Shown piece by piece: positions 1 to 8,429 of a stretch of 64,000 nt of DNA. Under the pieces are notes generated by a model, which had not been told where the DNA came from, did no database searches, and saw nothing but the letters and a program-made list of their open reading frames with translations. Position 1 is the first letter of the stretch. Each line of letters opens with the position of its first letter. The translations under genes and the position numbers were made by a program. The stretch lies in contig JALHMS010000003.1 in NCBI GenBank assembly GCA_022843925.1, forward strand, positions 58,440 to 122,439, given 5' to 3'. This DNA is from Burkholderiales bacterium (GTDB lineage: Bacteria > Pseudomonadota > Gammaproteobacteria > Burkholderiales > Ga0077523).

Positions 1-864
1 CGGTGCCATCCGTCGGACCATGCCGTGCAGCACTTTCCCAGGCCCGCATTCGACGATGTGTGTCACCGACGCGGCGCGCAGTGTCGCCACCGTCTCGATC
101 CAGCGGACAGGCATGAAGAGCTGGCGGACCAGTGCGTCCGCGATCGCTGCACCGTCGACGGCGGATGCAACGTCCGCATTGTTGACGACGGGGAACATGG
201 GCGGCGTCAGCGACAGGCTGGCCAGAGACGCCTCGAGGACGTCGGCCGCGGGCCGCATCAGGGCGCAATGGCTCGGAACGCTCATCGGAAGCAGGATCGC
301 ACGCTTGGCACCGCGCGCCTTGCAGGATTCGATGGCACGCTCGACCGCGGCACGGTGCCCGGCGATGACGATCTGGCCGGGGGCGTTCAAGTTCGCCGGG
401 CTGACGACATCCCCCGCCGCCGCTTCCGCGCAGGCCTCGGCAACCTGATCCACCTCGAGGCCGAGAATCGCGGCGATACCGCCTTGTCCCTCCGGCACGG
501 CCTCCTGCATGGCCTTGGCGCGAGTGCGCACGAGTGCGACCGCGTCGGGAAAGGCGATCGCGCCTGCGGCCACCAGTGCCGCGTACTCGCCGAGGCTGTG
601 ACCCGCGGCGATATCCGGAGTCGGTCCGTTTCGCACGACCCACGCCCGATACAAGGCGACATCCGCCGCCAGCATGACGGGCTGCGTGTTCACGGTCATG
701 TGGAGCGCCGCCTCAGGACCTTGCCCGACCAGAGCAAAGAGATCTTCCCCAAGCACCGACGACGCCTCGTCGAACGTGGCGCGCACTTCGGGCAATTCCG
801 CAAAGGCCTCGAGCATCCCGAGCGATTGCGAACCCTGTCCCGGGAAAACGAACGCTAGCTTCAT
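1..864 (-). CDS. fabD: Malonyl-CoA:ACP transacylase FabD, partial (C-terminus beyond the left edge)
   Basis: Absent from the ORF track because no stop lies in the window. The reverse complement from 864 reads MKLAFVFPGQGSQSLGML...GHSLGEYAALV, giving the FabD N-terminus and the active-site GHSLGE motif. It starts 27 nt downstream of the fabH stop, in the conserved plsX-fabH-fabD order. Confidence 0.9.
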   Translation of the reverse strand, partial: MKLAFVFPGQGSQSLGMLEAFAELPEVRATFDEASSVLGEDLFALVGQGPEAALHMTVNTQPVMLAADVALYRAWVVRNGPTPDIAAGHSLGEYAALVAAGAIAFPDAVALVRTRAKAMQEAVPEGQGGIAAILGLEVDQVAEACAEAAAGDVVSPANLNAPGQIVIAGHRAAVERAIESCKARGAKRAILLPMSVPSHCALMRPAADVLEASLASLSLTPPMFPVVNNADVASAVDGAAIADALVRQLFMPVRWIETVATLRAASVTHIVECGPGKVLHGMVRRMAP

Positions 865-891
865 CTGGCTATCTTCCAACGTGTCCGGTCG

Positions 892-1851
892 TTACCAGCG
901 CAGCAGGACTGCGCCCCAAGTGAATCCCCCACCCACGCCCTCGAGGAGGACGTGCTGACCCGATCGGATCCTGCCGTCACGCACCGCTTCGTCCAGGGCC
1001 AACGGTATCGACGCAGCCGAGGTGTTGCCGTGCCTCGCCACGGTCGACACGACGCGGTCCATGCCCAATCCGAGTCGTTTCGCAGTGGCCTCGAGGATGC
1101 GGACGTTGGCCTGATGCGGGATCAGCCAGTTCACGTCCGAAGACCTGAGCTTTGCGGCCTCGAGAACCTCCTCGGCCACCTCGGCGAGCACCCGCACTGC
1201 CGCCTTGAACACGGCGCCTCCGTCCATCTTCACGAACGGGGAGCCCACGATGGCGCCACCACACACGCTCCCCGGAACGGAAAGAATGTCCACCAAGGAG
1301 CCGTCCGCATGCAGGCGGCTCGCGAGAATCCCCGGACGGTCTGCGGCCCGCACGACGACAGCACCGGCACCGTCCCCGAACAGCACGCAGGTGGACCGAT
1401 CCGTCCAGTCGAGGAGCCGCGAGAAGACCTCGGTTCCGACCACCAGCACTGTTTTCACCTGTCCGGCGCGGATGAACATGTCGGCCGTCGTTAGCGCGTA
1501 CACGAAACCACTGCATACGGCCTGAACATCGAACGCCGCGCAGCCATTCGCCCCGAGCTTCTCCTGGAGGATGCAGGCGGTGCCCGGAAAGGTCATGTCG
1601 GGCGTCGTCGTCGCAACGATGATCAGATCGAGTTCCGCAGGGGTGATGCCTGCAGCTTCCAGTGCCCGCCGGGACGCAGACAGGGCAAGGTCGCTGGCGT
1701 ACTGCCCATCCGCTGCGATGTGTCGCTGGCGTATCCCGGTCCTGGCGACGATCCATTCGTCGGTCGTGTCGATCGTCGCCTGCAGGTCCTCATTGGTGAC
1801 GACCCGCTCCGGCAGGCAGGCGCCCGTACCGACGATCCGCGCGTGCATCAC
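892..1851 (-). CDS. fabH: 3-oxoacyl-ACP synthase III (KAS III)
   Basis: 319-aa ORF. The sequence is FabH-like throughout ([29 protein letters not shown] Cys region, [14 protein letters not shown]). The start is GTG 1851 or ATG 1848, overlapping the plsX stop. Confidence 0.95.
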   Translation of the reverse strand: MMHARIVGTGACLPERVVTNEDLQATIDTTDEWIVARTGIRQRHIAADGQYASDLALSASRRALEAAGITPAELDLIIVATTTPDMTFPGTACILQEKLGANGCAAFDVQAVCSGFVYALTTADMFIRAGQVKTVLVVGTEVFSRLLDWTDRSTCVLFGDGAGAVVVRAADRPGILASRLHADGSLVDILSVPGSVCGGAIVGSPFVKMDGGAVFKAAVRVLAEVAEEVLEAAKLRSSDVNWLIPHQANVRILEATAKRLGLGMDRVVSTVARHGNTSAASIPLALDEAVRDGRIRSGQHVLLEGVGGGFTWGAVLLRW

Positions 1852-2870
1852 TCCACCGTCTCGACGGGTTGTTGACTAGCAAGACGGGCGCGGATCAGAT
1901 CGAGCAAGCCATAGCGGACCTCCTCACAGGCGCGCTGGATCGCGAAATCGAAGGCGAACGCGTCGGCCGAACCGTGGCTCTTGACGACAATACCCCGCAA
2001 CCCCAGAAGACTCGCGCCGTTGTAGCGCCGGTGGTCCACCCGCCGCTTGAATCGGTTGATCACTGGCAGGGCGAACAAGGCTCCCAGTTTCGTGAAGATG
2101 CTGCGCTTGAACTCTTCCCGGAGATAGGCGGCCAGCATTTGTGCAAGGCCCTCGGAAGTCTTCAACGCGACATTGCCCACGAAGCCGTCGCACACCACGA
2201 TATCGGTGGTGCCCTTGTAGATGTCGTCGCCCTCCACGTTGCCGTAGAAATTGAGTCCACTCGATCGAAGCAGATCGGCGGCCTCCTTCACGACATCGTT
2301 GCCCTTAATATCCTCTTCGCCGATGTTGAGCAAACCGACGCTCGGCCGTTCCCCATGGTCGATGGCGCCCGACAGCGCAGTACCCATGATCGCGAATTGC
2401 AGCAGGTGCGCCGGTGTGCAGTTCACATTGGCGCCGAGGTCAAGCATGACTGTGCGACCACGTAGGGTCGGCAGGAACGAGGCGATGGCCGGACGCTCTA
2501 CACCCGGAAGCATCTTCAGCACGAACCGCGACATGGCCATGAGGGCGCCGGTGTTGCCGGCACTCACGGCGCAGTCCGCTTCGCCCGACTTCACGAGATC
2601 GATCGAGACCCGCATCGAGGAGTCCCGCTTCCCGCGCAGCGCGGCCGCTGGGGCTTCATCCATCGAGACGACTTCCGAAGCGGGTCTGATCACGATGCGG
2701 GAGTCCGCGGCGACTTCGAGTCGATCCAACTCCCGTTGGATGACATCCTCGAGGCCGACGAGAATCATCTGCACGTCAGTGTTCCGCTGTCCGAAGCCGA
2801 CCGCAGCCGGAACGGTGACGCCGGGGCCATGGTCCCCGCCCATGCAGTCAATGGCGATCCGTATGGTCAC
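1848..2870 (-). CDS. plsX: Phosphate acyltransferase PlsX
   Basis: 340-aa ORF beginning [16 protein letters not shown], the typical PlsX N-terminus. It sits in rpmF-plsX-fabH synteny. Confidence 0.95.
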   Translation of the reverse strand: MTIRIAIDCMGGDHGPGVTVPAAVGFGQRNTDVQMILVGLEDVIQRELDRLEVAADSRIVIRPASEVVSMDEAPAAALRGKRDSSMRVSIDLVKSGEADCAVSAGNTGALMAMSRFVLKMLPGVERPAIASFLPTLRGRTVMLDLGANVNCTPAHLLQFAIMGTALSGAIDHGERPSVGLLNIGEEDIKGNDVVKEAADLLRSSGLNFYGNVEGDDIYKGTTDIVVCDGFVGNVALKTSEGLAQMLAAYLREEFKRSIFTKLGALFALPVINRFKRRVDHRRYNGASLLGLRGIVVKSHGSADAFAFDFAIQRACEEVRYGLLDLIRARLASQQPVETVE

Positions 2871-3012
2871 GCCGCGTCTTGCTGCCTGGACATGGTCATC
2901 GCCTTCCCGGAGGGGACGAATCGTGGGTGGAAGTTTGATCGCCGAACGAGCGCCGAAATGCGCGAGGGACCTTCGGCGGCGTGGCGGGATGCCGAGGCAT
3001 CCCGGCGGGGAA

Positions 3013-3192
3013 TCACTCGCCCTTGGTCTTCACGACCTTCCGGCCGCGGTAGTAGCCGGTCGGGCTGATGTGATGGCGCAGATGCACTTCACCGGTGGTG
3101 GGCTCGACTGCAAGGGGCGGGTTGGTCAGGAAGTCATGCGCCCGATGCATGCCGCGCTTAGACGGGGACTTCTTGTTCTGTTGCACAGCCAT
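3013..3192 (-). CDS. rpmF: 50S ribosomal protein L32
   Basis: 59-codon ORF below the track length cut-off. The reverse complement reads [59 protein letters not shown]. It lies between yceD and plsX, as in most proteobacteria. Confidence 0.9.
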   Translation of the reverse strand: MAVQQNKKSPSKRGMHRAHDFLTNPPLAVEPTTGEVHLRHHISPTGYYRGRKVVKTKGE

Positions 3193-3248
3193 GATTCACT
3201 CCTTTGGCGCCGCGCAGCGGCACGTCGATTCGAAAAAACTGCACTGCT

Positions 3249-3722
3249 TCAGTTGAGGGACTGCCTGTCCGGGGTTGCTCCAGCCTCGAATGGCAAGCTC
3301 ACAGGGCATTCGTTCTCCGCGTGACGCGGTGAGAGAGGCATGGCAAGAAGGATCTCGTCCACCACCAGCTCCATCGGTGACACTCGGTCTTCCGCGGGCA
3401 GGTAGTCGGAATCCTCTTCTTCGTCCTCGAAATCACCAAGCGTCCCCGCCGGCACGAAAACCAGCTTTCGCGAGCCTTCCAAAACGATCTGCACGGGCTG
3501 AAGACAGCGCTGGCAGGCCACACGTACAGTGCCACTGACCGAGACGTCGATGCGGGGTTTGCCATCCCGCCCTACACTTCCCGCAAGGCAGAAGGCAACG
3601 GTGCCGTCGGTATCCGTGAGTACATCCTGGAGGCGCGACAACGCCTCGAGCGGCGCTGCCCCCTCCAAACATTCCCCACGCCGAGCGAACTCGGCACCGT
3701 CGATGGTCACCGGCGCAGACAT
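3249..3722 (-). CDS. yceD: YceD/DUF177 family protein (23S rRNA accumulation protein)
   Basis: 157-aa ORF immediately upstream of rpmF. It has the Cys pair CQRCLQP and an acidic C-terminal half typical of DUF177. Confidence 0.85.
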   Translation of the reverse strand: MSAPVTIDGAEFARRGECLEGAAPLEALSRLQDVLTDTDGTVAFCLAGSVGRDGKPRIDVSVSGTVRVACQRCLQPVQIVLEGSRKLVFVPAGTLGDFEDEEEDSDYLPAEDRVSPMELVVDEILLAMPLSPRHAENECPVSLPFEAGATPDRQSLN

Positions 3723-3777
3723 AAGCGCGGCATAATACGAGTTTTTCCCTGCTCGGTCAAAAGGCTACGTCGCGATA

Positions 3778-4371
3778 ATGCAGTCCTTTCAGCTTGTGCT
3801 CGCGTCCACTTCGCGCTACCGCCGGGAACTGCTGTCCCGACTCGCCCTGCCGTTCGTAACGATGTCGCCCGACGTCGACGAGACGCCGCTTCCCGGAGAA
3901 TCGCCGGACGGCACCGCTGTGAGGCTTGCTCGGGCGAAGGCCTTGGTCGTGGCGCGCGCGCATCCGGCCGCCATCGTGATCGGCTCCGATCAGGTCGCAG
4001 AGTTCGAAGGGGTGCGCCTCGACAAGCCCGGGACCCGGACCCGCGCCATCGCCCAGCTGGAGGCGATCAGCGGACGGACCGTGGAGTTCAGGACAGCCGT
4101 CTGCGTGGCAGTCGATGGCGGAGTGCGGCTTTTCGAGGCCCTAGCACCCACGCGGGTGACTTTCAGGGTCTTCGATCGCGCCCGAGCCGAACGGTACGTC
4201 GACATCGAGAAGCCGCTCGACTGCGCCGGCAGCGCCAAGGCCGAGGGTCTCGGCATCGCCCTGATCGCCGCCATCGTCGGGGATGATCCCACGGCATTGA
4301 TCGGTCTGCCTCTCATCGCGACGGTGGGCCTCCTGCAGCAGGCGGGGCTCGATCCTCTGGACGCAAGATGA
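3778..4371 (+). CDS. maf: Maf-like nucleoside triphosphate pyrophosphatase
   Basis: 197-aa ORF. It begins LVLASTSRYRRELLSRL and ends KAEGLGIALI..IVGDDPTALIGLPL, both typical of the Maf/YceF family. It is divergent from yceD. Confidence 0.85.
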   Translation: MQSFQLVLASTSRYRRELLSRLALPFVTMSPDVDETPLPGESPDGTAVRLARAKALVVARAHPAAIVIGSDQVAEFEGVRLDKPGTRTRAIAQLEAISGRTVEFRTAVCVAVDGGVRLFEALAPTRVTFRVFDRARAERYVDIEKPLDCAGSAKAEGLGIALIAAIVGDDPTALIGLPLIATVGLLQQAGLDPLDAR

Positions 4372-5135
4372 GCCGGTCGCACGCGCCAGGGCGGCTCTAT
4401 CTCGTGCCGATGCCCCTGGGCCCGGGCGACCCCTCCGCATGCCTGCCGGTCTCGACGCGGGATGTCATTGGTCGCCTGCACAGATTCATTGCGGAGGATG
4501 CCCGCACGGCTCGTCGCATCTTGGCCCGGATGACCCTGGCGGCGCCGATCCAGGCGCTCACGTTTTCGGAGCTCAACGAGCACACACCGACATCAGCGCT
4601 ATCCGACCTGCTCGAACCGCTTCGCAACGGGGAGGACATCGGGCTCGTCTCGGAAGCCGGGTGTCCGGTCGTGGCGGATCCGGGCGCGGCGCTGGTGGCG
4701 ATGGCGCATGCGCAGGGGATCGGAGTCGTCCCTCTCGTCGGCCCGAGTGCGCCACTGCTTGCCCTCATGGCGTCCGGACTGTCGGGGCAGTCGTTCCGCT
4801 TCCACGGCTATCTTCCGGTCGATCCCTCCGCCAGGAAGTCGGCCATACAGGCGATCGAACGCGATTCGATCAGCACAGGCTGCACGCACCTGTTCATCGA
4901 GACGCCCTATCGGAACCTGCAGATGCTCGCCGCGCTCCTTGCAGCCCTCGCGCCGGAAACGGCACTCGCGGTCTGCGCAGATCTGACGACCGAGACCGAG
5001 ATCGTCATCTCGCGGCCGGTGTCGCAATGGAAATCCGCACCGACGCCCGAGATCGACCGGCGCCCTGCCGTGTTCGTGGTGTCCGCGACAAGATCCGCTA
5101 ACGCACCCGCCCGCCGAGCCCGCCGGTCGCCCTGA
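4368..5135 (+). CDS. SAM-dependent methyltransferase, tetrapyrrole-methylase/RsmI-like fold
   Basis: 255-aa ORF whose ATG overlaps the maf stop (ATGA). It contains LYLVPMPLG...IAEDARTARRIL...GLVSEAGCPVVADPG, resembling YraL/RsmI-type methylases. Confidence 0.7.
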   Translation: MSRSHAPGRLYLVPMPLGPGDPSACLPVSTRDVIGRLHRFIAEDARTARRILARMTLAAPIQALTFSELNEHTPTSALSDLLEPLRNGEDIGLVSEAGCPVVADPGAALVAMAHAQGIGVVPLVGPSAPLLALMASGLSGQSFRFHGYLPVDPSARKSAIQAIERDSISTGCTHLFIETPYRNLQMLAALLAALAPETALAVCADLTTETEIVISRPVSQWKSAPTPEIDRRPAVFVVSATRSANAPARRARRSP

Positions 5136-6072
5136 TCACGGCATCCCCGACGGCAGCCCCGAAGCGCTTGGCGAAGCGCTCCGCCAGGTTCTCCTTCGGC
5201 GTGAAGTCGACGATCGTTTCCGCCTTCACGATCTCGCGGGCGACGTAGGCGGAGTCACCGAGGGCGTCCGCCAGTCCGAGCTGGATGCTGCGATCTCCGG
5301 TCCAGATGAGTCCGCTGAACATCTCAGCGTCCTCCTTCAGCCTCTTGCCGCGGCCCTCGCGCACCACCTGGATGAACTGCTCGTGGATCTCGCCCAGCAT
5401 CTTCTGCGCGTGCTCTTTCTGCTTAGCGTCGATCGGCGAGAAGGGATCGAGGAAACCCTTGTTCTCGCCCGCGGTGAGCAGACGCCGTTCGACGCCCAGC
5501 TTCTGCATGGTCTCCGTGAACCCGAAGCCATCCATGAGCACCCCGATCGATCCGACGAGGCTGCCCCGGCTCACGTAGATCTCGTCCGCCGCGGCCGCGA
5601 CGTAGTAGCCGCCGGACGCGCAGATGTCGTCGATCACGACGTACAACGGAATGCCCGGATGCTTGCCGCGCAACCGGAGGATCTCGCGATTGATCTGGTG
5701 CGCCTGCACCGGGCTGCCCCCGGGGCTGTTGATCCGGAGAATTACCCCCTGGGTGTTCTTGTCTTCGAACGCGTCCGTCAGCCCGGCATTGACCACATCG
5801 GCTGCGGCCATGGAGTTGGCCTCGATCACACCGTTCAGATCGACGAGCGCCGTGTGCTTACCGCCCGGACTGGTGTCGCCGCGATGGATCCAGCCCATGG
5901 CGATGAACAGGATGCCGAAGAGATACAGAAACCCGAGGGCCTTGAAGAAGATGCCCCAACGCCGCGCCCTGCGCTGCTCTGTGAGGGCGCTGGTCGCGAT
6001 CTGGCGCAGCACGTCGCGCTCCCAGGGGACGTCCGCCTTCACGGGGTTGTTGGACGAGGATTCTTCAGCCAT
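5098..6072 (-). CDS. sppA: Signal peptide peptidase SppA, 36K type (S49 family)
   Basis: The track ORF is 5098..6108; I prefer the internal ATG at 6072 (MAEESSSNNP). It has an N-terminal TM segment and S49 motifs (VILRINSPGGS, ICASGGYYVAAAAD, GSIGV). Confidence 0.8.
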   Translation of the reverse strand: MAEESSSNNPVKADVPWERDVLRQIATSALTEQRRARRWGIFFKALGFLYLFGILFIAMGWIHRGDTSPGGKHTALVDLNGVIEANSMAAADVVNAGLTDAFEDKNTQGVILRINSPGGSPVQAHQINREILRLRGKHPGIPLYVVIDDICASGGYYVAAAADEIYVSRGSLVGSIGVLMDGFGFTETMQKLGVERRLLTAGENKGFLDPFSPIDAKQKEHAQKMLGEIHEQFIQVVREGRGKRLKEDAEMFSGLIWTGDRSIQLGLADALGDSAYVAREIVKAETIVDFTPKENLAERFAKRFGAAVGDAVIRATGGLGGRVR

Positions 6073-6433
6073 GGGCAGTTCCGGGAAGCTGCAGGTAGAC
6101 CGCGCCATCGCGCTCCACCACAGAAAGTTTCTGGAGGCGCCCCCCCTTGCACGGTCCCCCTAGGCAAGCCCCGCTCTCGGGGGCATACAAGGCACCGTGG
6201 GTGGCGCAGATCAAGTATAGACCGCTGTGATCGAAGAACTGACCTTCGCTCCAGTCCAGTTCGACAGGTACGTGCGCGCACCGATTCAGGTAGGCGTGGA
6301 CCTGTCCGTCGTAGCGGATCACGAAGGCGGGCACCCTGCCGCCCGGTGCATCGACATCGAACTTCACGCCGCCCCCCCCTTCTTCCAGCGCGTCCGCGGG
6401 GCAGATCAGGCGTTCTGTCTCAACCAAACCCAA
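6065..6433 (-). CDS. Small Rieske (2Fe-2S) domain protein
   Basis: 122-aa ORF with the Rieske ligand pattern CAHVPVELD...CATHGALY (CxH...CxxH). The start codon is non-ATG (TTG at 6433 or 6427), so the start is uncertain. Confidence 0.75.
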   Translation of the reverse strand: MGLVETERLICPADALEEGGGGVKFDVDAPGGRVPAFVIRYDGQVHAYLNRCAHVPVELDWSEGQFFDHSGLYLICATHGALYAPESGACLGGPCKGGRLQKLSVVERDGAVYLQLPGTAHG

Positions 6434-7059
6434 AGCTCCTCCGGAGAATCGACCGTCACGTGGGGACGTGCCGTGCCGAGCTTCTCGGGCTCGTGGGCAC
6501 CATAGGTCACCGCAATGGACGACACCCCGGCGTTGTTCGCCATCTCGATGTCGTGGGTGGTGTCCCCCACCATCACCGCCCTATCCCTGGGAACATCGAG
6601 ATGCCCCAGCAGATACTCGAGCATCCCGGGGTGTGGCTTCGTGAAACCTTCGTCGCCGCAACGGGTGGCCTCGAAAAGTGTGCGCAGGCCGGTGGTGTCC
6701 AGGGCTCGTTCGAGACCGACCCGGCTCTTGCCCGTCGCCACCGCGAGCGTATGGCCCTGGCGCTGCAGAGCCGCGAGGCCCTCGGCCACTCCGTCGAAGA
6801 GCACCACGACGGACTCGCCCTTGACGTAGTGGTACTTGTATCGCTCGGTGATGAGGCCGTAGCGCTCCCGCGGCAGCGACGGAAACAGGTAGGTCATGGC
6901 GTCCAGCAGGCCCAGACCGATGATGTGACGGGCGTCATGGTCCGATGGAGGAGGCAGTCCGGCGTCGATGCTCGCTGCCTGAATGCTCTGGACGATGTGG
7001 GCGGCCGAATCGACCAGGGTGCCGTCCCAGTCGAAGATCACCAGATCGAAGCGCTTCAC
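6406..7059 (-). CDS. HAD-superfamily hydrolase (phosphoglycolate-phosphatase-like)
   Basis: The track ORF extends to 7170. The GTG at 7059 overlaps the rluC stop (GTGA) and gives VKRFDLVIFDWDGTLVDS (HAD motif I). The distal MVGDTTHDIEMA motif is also present. Confidence 0.8.
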   Translation of the reverse strand: MKRFDLVIFDWDGTLVDSAAHIVQSIQAASIDAGLPPPSDHDARHIIGLGLLDAMTYLFPSLPRERYGLITERYKYHYVKGESVVVLFDGVAEGLAALQRQGHTLAVATGKSRVGLERALDTTGLRTLFEATRCGDEGFTKPHPGMLEYLLGHLDVPRDRAVMVGDTTHDIEMANNAGVSSIAVTYGAHEPEKLGTARPHVTVDSPEELWVWLRQNA

Positions 7060-8018
7060 GGGTGTTCCCCGACCGGAGCGGCGCGCTCGAGCGAACCCAC
7101 GAAACGCTCGAGTTCGGAGGGCAGGGGCGACGCGATGTCCAGCGGCTCGCCGGTGATCGGGTGGACGCACCGGAATCGGGCGGCGTGCAGGAACATGCGT
7201 TTCAGGCCTTCTCGGGCCAGGCGTCGATTCAAATCGAAGTCTCCATACTTGTCGTCTCCGCAGATGGGTGATCCCGCGTGGGCGAGGTGCACGCGGATCT
7301 GGTGGGTGCGGCCTGTCAGCAGACGGGCCTCCAGCAGGGTGTAGCCGGGCAACGCGCGCTCGATCCGGACCCGGGTCGCCGCCTCCTGACCGTCCGGGGC
7401 AACCGTCACGCGGCGGTCGCCACCCTCCAGAAGATGCTTGGCCAGAGGGTAGTCCAACGTCACGGGACCCTTGCGCCAGCGCCCGGGGACCAGGGCCAGG
7501 TAACGCTTGTCCGTCTGCCCGGCGCGTATCTCTTCATGCAGCTGGGTCAGCGCCCTGCGCTTCTTGGCCAGCATCAGCACGCCGGAGGTTTCACGGTCGA
7601 GGCGGTGAACCAGTTCCAGGAATGGCGCGGCGGGACGCAGGCCGCGCAGCCGTTCGATCACGCCGTGAGAGATCCCGCTGCCGCCGTGGACGGCGACGCC
7701 GGCCGGCTTGTCGATGGCGATCAGGGCGTCGTCCTCATAGAGGATCGGGAGAGCCGCGCCTCCCGTGGGCGCCGGACCCGAGGCGGCTGGGGCGGCGGTC
7801 CGGATGGGAGGGACGCGAACCCGGTCGCCCGGCTGCAGGCGCAGGGTCGGATCGGCTCTGCGGCTATTCACCCGCACCTCGCCGCTGCGGAGGATGCGGT
7901 AGACGTGACTTTTCGGGACCCCCTTCAGGATCCGATGCAGGAAATTGTCGACCCGCTGCCCCTCGCCTTCCGGGCCCACGTCGACCCAGTTGACGGAATC
8001 TTTACTAAGACTGTTCAC
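7056..8018 (-). CDS. rluC: 23S rRNA pseudouridine synthase RluC
   Basis: It has an S4-like N-terminus (RVDNFLHRILKGVPKSHVYRILRSGEVRVN) and the RluA-family catalytic motif HRLDRETSGVLMLAKK. The track ORF runs to 8168; the GTG at 8018 preceded by GGAA gives 320 aa, close to the size I recall for E. coli RluC (about 319 aa). It is divergent from rne, as in E. coli. Confidence 0.85.
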   Translation of the reverse strand: MNSLSKDSVNWVDVGPEGEGQRVDNFLHRILKGVPKSHVYRILRSGEVRVNSRRADPTLRLQPGDRVRVPPIRTAAPAASGPAPTGGAALPILYEDDALIAIDKPAGVAVHGGSGISHGVIERLRGLRPAAPFLELVHRLDRETSGVLMLAKKRRALTQLHEEIRAGQTDKRYLALVPGRWRKGPVTLDYPLAKHLLEGGDRRVTVAPDGQEAATRVRIERALPGYTLLEARLLTGRTHQIRVHLAHAGSPICGDDKYGDFDLNRRLAREGLKRMFLHAARFRCVHPITGEPLDIASPLPSELERFVGSLERAAPVGEHP

Positions 8019-8429
8019 TATTCCTATACTCTCACACGGCGCAAGGCGTTCGCGGCGGGCCGAGAATCTCCGTCCCTTGCCTGCGCTCCCGACGCTCGCT
8101 GCCCACCTGGCAGCAGCAGACCCAGGGTTAAATTCGCTCACCCGACGAAGCAGCGATCCCAGCAACAACGCGCTCGGTTCCCGGATTCACGCTTCCCGCC
8201 GCGCCCCAGACACTCTGCGTCAAGGCTGGTCCTCATGAGTGTTCCGGAGGCAGCGACGGTGCGCACGCAAACCCGTTCACGCTTGGTAACTCAATTCGGC
8301 AACTCGATTCTAGGCAGGTCGATTCATACGATGATGACGAACCCGTCCGAATGATAAGCGCTCGCGGCCCGTTTCGGCCGCCCGAGGGTTTGTGGTTCCC
8401 GTGTCGCACGAGCGCGGGAGATCACGTTC

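Noticed and set aside
300-325. TGGCAC-containing sequence (TTGGCACCGCGCGCCTTGCAGG), considered as a second sigma-54 promoter.
   Set aside because: The spacing between TGGCAC and TTGC is 8 nt rather than 5, and the site lies inside the fabD coding region.
6125-6380. Homopolymeric C7 (about 6139-6145) and C8 (about 6372-6379) tracts inside the small Rieske gene, considered as possible phase-variation sites.
   Set aside because: They encode Gly-Gly(-Gly) in a conserved housekeeping-context gene. Such runs are common in GC-rich genomes, and there is no evidence of variable length from a single sequence.
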